Shown here: one piece after another, positions 26,616 to 28,290 of the stretch
Layout: every line of letters begins with the position of its first letter
Position numbering within the stretch: position 1 is the first letter of the stretch
Assembly (NCBI GenBank): GCA_965120435.1
Contig: CBCPNE010000107.1
Coordinates: 1 to 28,290 of the forward strand
From: an uncultured Clostridia bacterium
GTDB lineage: Bacteria; Bacillota; Clostridia; Christensenellales; Borkfalkiaceae
DNA length: 28,290 bases
Direction: 5' to 3'
The notes under the pieces: model-generated
The model's input: only the letters and a program-made list of their open reading frames with translations
What the model was told of the DNA's origin: nothing
Database searches by the model: none
Position numbers and translations under genes: made by a program

Positions 26616-27218
26616 TCAGCTGTCGTAAATCATAGGGCGGACGCGCAGCGGCAGTCTGAGCGACTCCGCAAGAGCGGCGCAGCGACTGACTTTTTCGTCG
26701 CCGATGCAGTCCACCACGGAAAGTTCGGTGAAAATTCCGCGGGCGGCGCACTTTGCAGCGAAGTCTAAAAGCGCGGGGAAGGCTTTCTCTCCGAACCTGC
26801 TCTTGCAGACGGCGTCGTATTCGGCGGCCGACGGCGCGTTTAGACTGACGTTCACCCCGTCTATGCGGCCAACAAAATCCTGCGTTATATCCCTTCCGTT
26901 TATGAGGCTGCCCTGACCGTTGGTGTTTATACGGGTTTTAAAGCCGCGCTTTTTCAGCCCGTCCGCAACGGCGAGAAGAACTTCCAGCCTTTCCGTAGGT
27001 TCACCGAAGCCGCAAAAAACCGCCTCCCCGTAAGCTTTCAACGGGACGGAGGCAAGCACTTCCTCCGCAGAGGGTTCGCGCTCCAGCCACAGACTGTTTC
27101 CAAAATAACTGTCCTTGCCGTTGCGCACGCAGAACGTGCAGGCATTGGAACAGCGGTTTGTAAGATTTATATAGATATTGTCGCCAAATTCATAGGCGAA
27201 AGTAAGACCCTTTTTCAT
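26616..27218 (-). CDS. TatD-associated radical SAM protein
   Basis: YINLTNRCSNACTFCVR, VFCGFGEPT, RINTNGQG, VSLNA. Directly downstream of tatD. Confidence 0.88.
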   Translation of the reverse strand: MKKGLTFAYEFGDNIYINLTNRCSNACTFCVRNGKDSYFGNSLWLEREPSAEEVLASVPLKAYGEAVFCGFGEPTERLEVLLAVADGLKKRGFKTRINTNGQGSLINGRDITQDFVGRIDGVNVSLNAPSAAEYDAVCKSRFGEKAFPALLDFAAKCAARGIFTELSVVDCIGDEKVSRCAALAESLRLPLRVRPMIYDS

Positions 27219-27254
27219 AGCAAATCATCGCAGTGCGCAGACGCGCGGCTGTCT

Positions 27255-27289
27255 GTAAAATACGGTATTTGCCGCATATGCGCGGCCCT
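27255..27289 (-). repeat. Short intergenic repeat element, copy C
   Basis: Minus strand agggccgcgcatatgcggcaaataccgtattttac, 2 nt after the tatD stop. Confidence 0.55.
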
Positions 27290-27291
27290 TT

Positions 27292-28071
27292 TCAGTTTTT
27301 CAGGCGGGGAAAGAGCGTATGGGCGTTATCCCATACTGCCGCCGCAAACCGTTCCGTTTCCATTTGTTTGAGCGCGGCGAGGTTGGCCGCGATTTCCGGT
27401 ATGCTCTCAGGCGTGTTGGGGAATTGTCCGCGCCTGCTCTCCGTGGGGAGATAGGGGCTGTCCGTCTCCGTAAGAATTTTATCCGCCGACAGCGCGCAGA
27501 CGCTCTTGCGGGCGCGCTTGCTCCCCTTGTACGTTGAAGTGCCGCCGAAGGAAAAACTGAGGCCGAGGGCGGCGAACATTTCCGCAAGTTCGGCCGAATG
27601 TGAATAACAGTGCATCAGCGCGCCGTTTTTCAGGAGGTCCCTGCGGGACGAGAGCGTCTGATACATATCCTCCGCACAGTCGCGGCTGTGTATCTGCACG
27701 GGCATACCCGCGCTTGCGGCTATTTCCAGCTGGCTGACGAACAGACGGTGTTGCAGGGGTTTGTCCGTGTCCTCATAGTGATAGTCAAGACCTATCTCCC
27801 CCAGCGCAACGCACTTAGGGTGGGAGAGCAGCTTTTCTATCTCCGCAAGGTCGCCCTCGCGGTACTTCCTGAGTTCGGTGGGATGAAAGCCCGCGGTAAA
27901 ATATACTATCGGGTACTTTTCCGCAATGCGGGCGCCCTCTTCAGAGGAGCGCAAATCAAATCCCGCGGTTATCACCTTATTTACGCCGACAGACTGTAAT
28001 CTGTCCATAAGGGCGGACAAATCGCCGTACTCGCCGCCAGTAAGGTGGCAGTGTACGTCTATAAAGTTCAC
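27292..28071 (-). CDS. tatD: TatD family nuclease/hydrolase
   Basis: DVHCHL, GFHP, GEIGLDYH, QIHSR, MHCYS, ETDSPYL. GTG start overlaps the metG stop (GTGA). Confidence 0.94.
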   Translation of the reverse strand: MNFIDVHCHLTGGEYGDLSALMDRLQSVGVNKVITAGFDLRSSEEGARIAEKYPIVYFTAGFHPTELRKYREGDLAEIEKLLSHPKCVALGEIGLDYHYEDTDKPLQHRLFVSQLEIAASAGMPVQIHSRDCAEDMYQTLSSRRDLLKNGALMHCYSHSAELAEMFAALGLSFSFGGTSTYKGSKRARKSVCALSADKILTETDSPYLPTESRRGQFPNTPESIPEIAANLAALKQMETERFAAAVWDNAHTLFPRLKN

Positions 28072-28290
28072 GAAAGCACGCTCCCTGAGGGTACGTCCTT
28101 TTCCGGGCAGACGAGCGAGAGCGTTCCGTCAGGAGCTTCAGCGCACACAATCATACCCTCGCTCCTCAATCCCTTCATCTCGCGCGGGGGCAGGTTGGTG
28201 ACCACCACCACCTTTTTGCCCACCATTTCTTCAGGCGTGTAGTGCTTTGCTATTCCGCTTAAAACGGAGATAGTCCTTCCGCCTATGTCC
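28068..28290 (-). CDS. metG: Methionine--tRNA ligase C-terminal tRNA-binding (Trbp111-like) domain, partial at window edge
   Basis: Translated by hand: DIGGRTISVLSGIAKHYTPEEMVGKKVVVVTNLPPREMKGLRSEGMIVCAE..PSGSVLS*. The metG-tatD-(...)-ksgA order is typical of Firmicutes. Confidence 0.85.
   Translation of the reverse strand, partial: DIGGRTISVLSGIAKHYTPEEMVGKKVVVVTNLPPREMKGLRSEGMIVCAEAPDGTLSLVCPEKDVPSGSVLS

Overview
About 28 kb of core chromosome from a GC-rich, spore-forming Firmicute (Clostridia-like, inferred from gerABC, spoIVFA/B-like genes, a SAM-I riboswitch and SigA-type promoters). Gene order: glyQS > < membrane protein with an integrase core-binding-like domain < ABC-F ATPase < PflX-like radical SAM | SAM-I riboswitch > metK > comF-like > < ligA < pcrA < conserved-looking hypothetical (no stop codon, in frame with pcrA) < rpsU < putative metal transporter < degenerate MalK/MsmX-like ATPase | queH > degenerate transcarbamylase > < trmB | structured leader > small membrane protein > < gerC < gerB < gerA | ogg > Zn-PLC-fold protein > < spoIVFB-like < spoIVFA-like < rsmA < TatD-associated radical SAM < tatD < metG (3' end only). 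I saw no CRISPR array, IS, prophage, rRNA or tRNA, and no multi-gene novel system that the sequence alone supports. The best leads are single-locus oddities: (i) a 4-TM protein carrying a tyrosine-recombinase core-binding-like domain with no catalytic domain; (ii) an ORF that reads through a strong hairpin into pcrA; (iii) two apparent pseudo- or neo-functionalised enzymes (OTCase fold and MalK fold); (iv) a structured ~115-nt leader that may occlude an SD; (v) a three-copy intergenic element with a compensatory base change; (vi) four apparently leaderless genes. All family calls come from motif recognition by eye; no searches were run.
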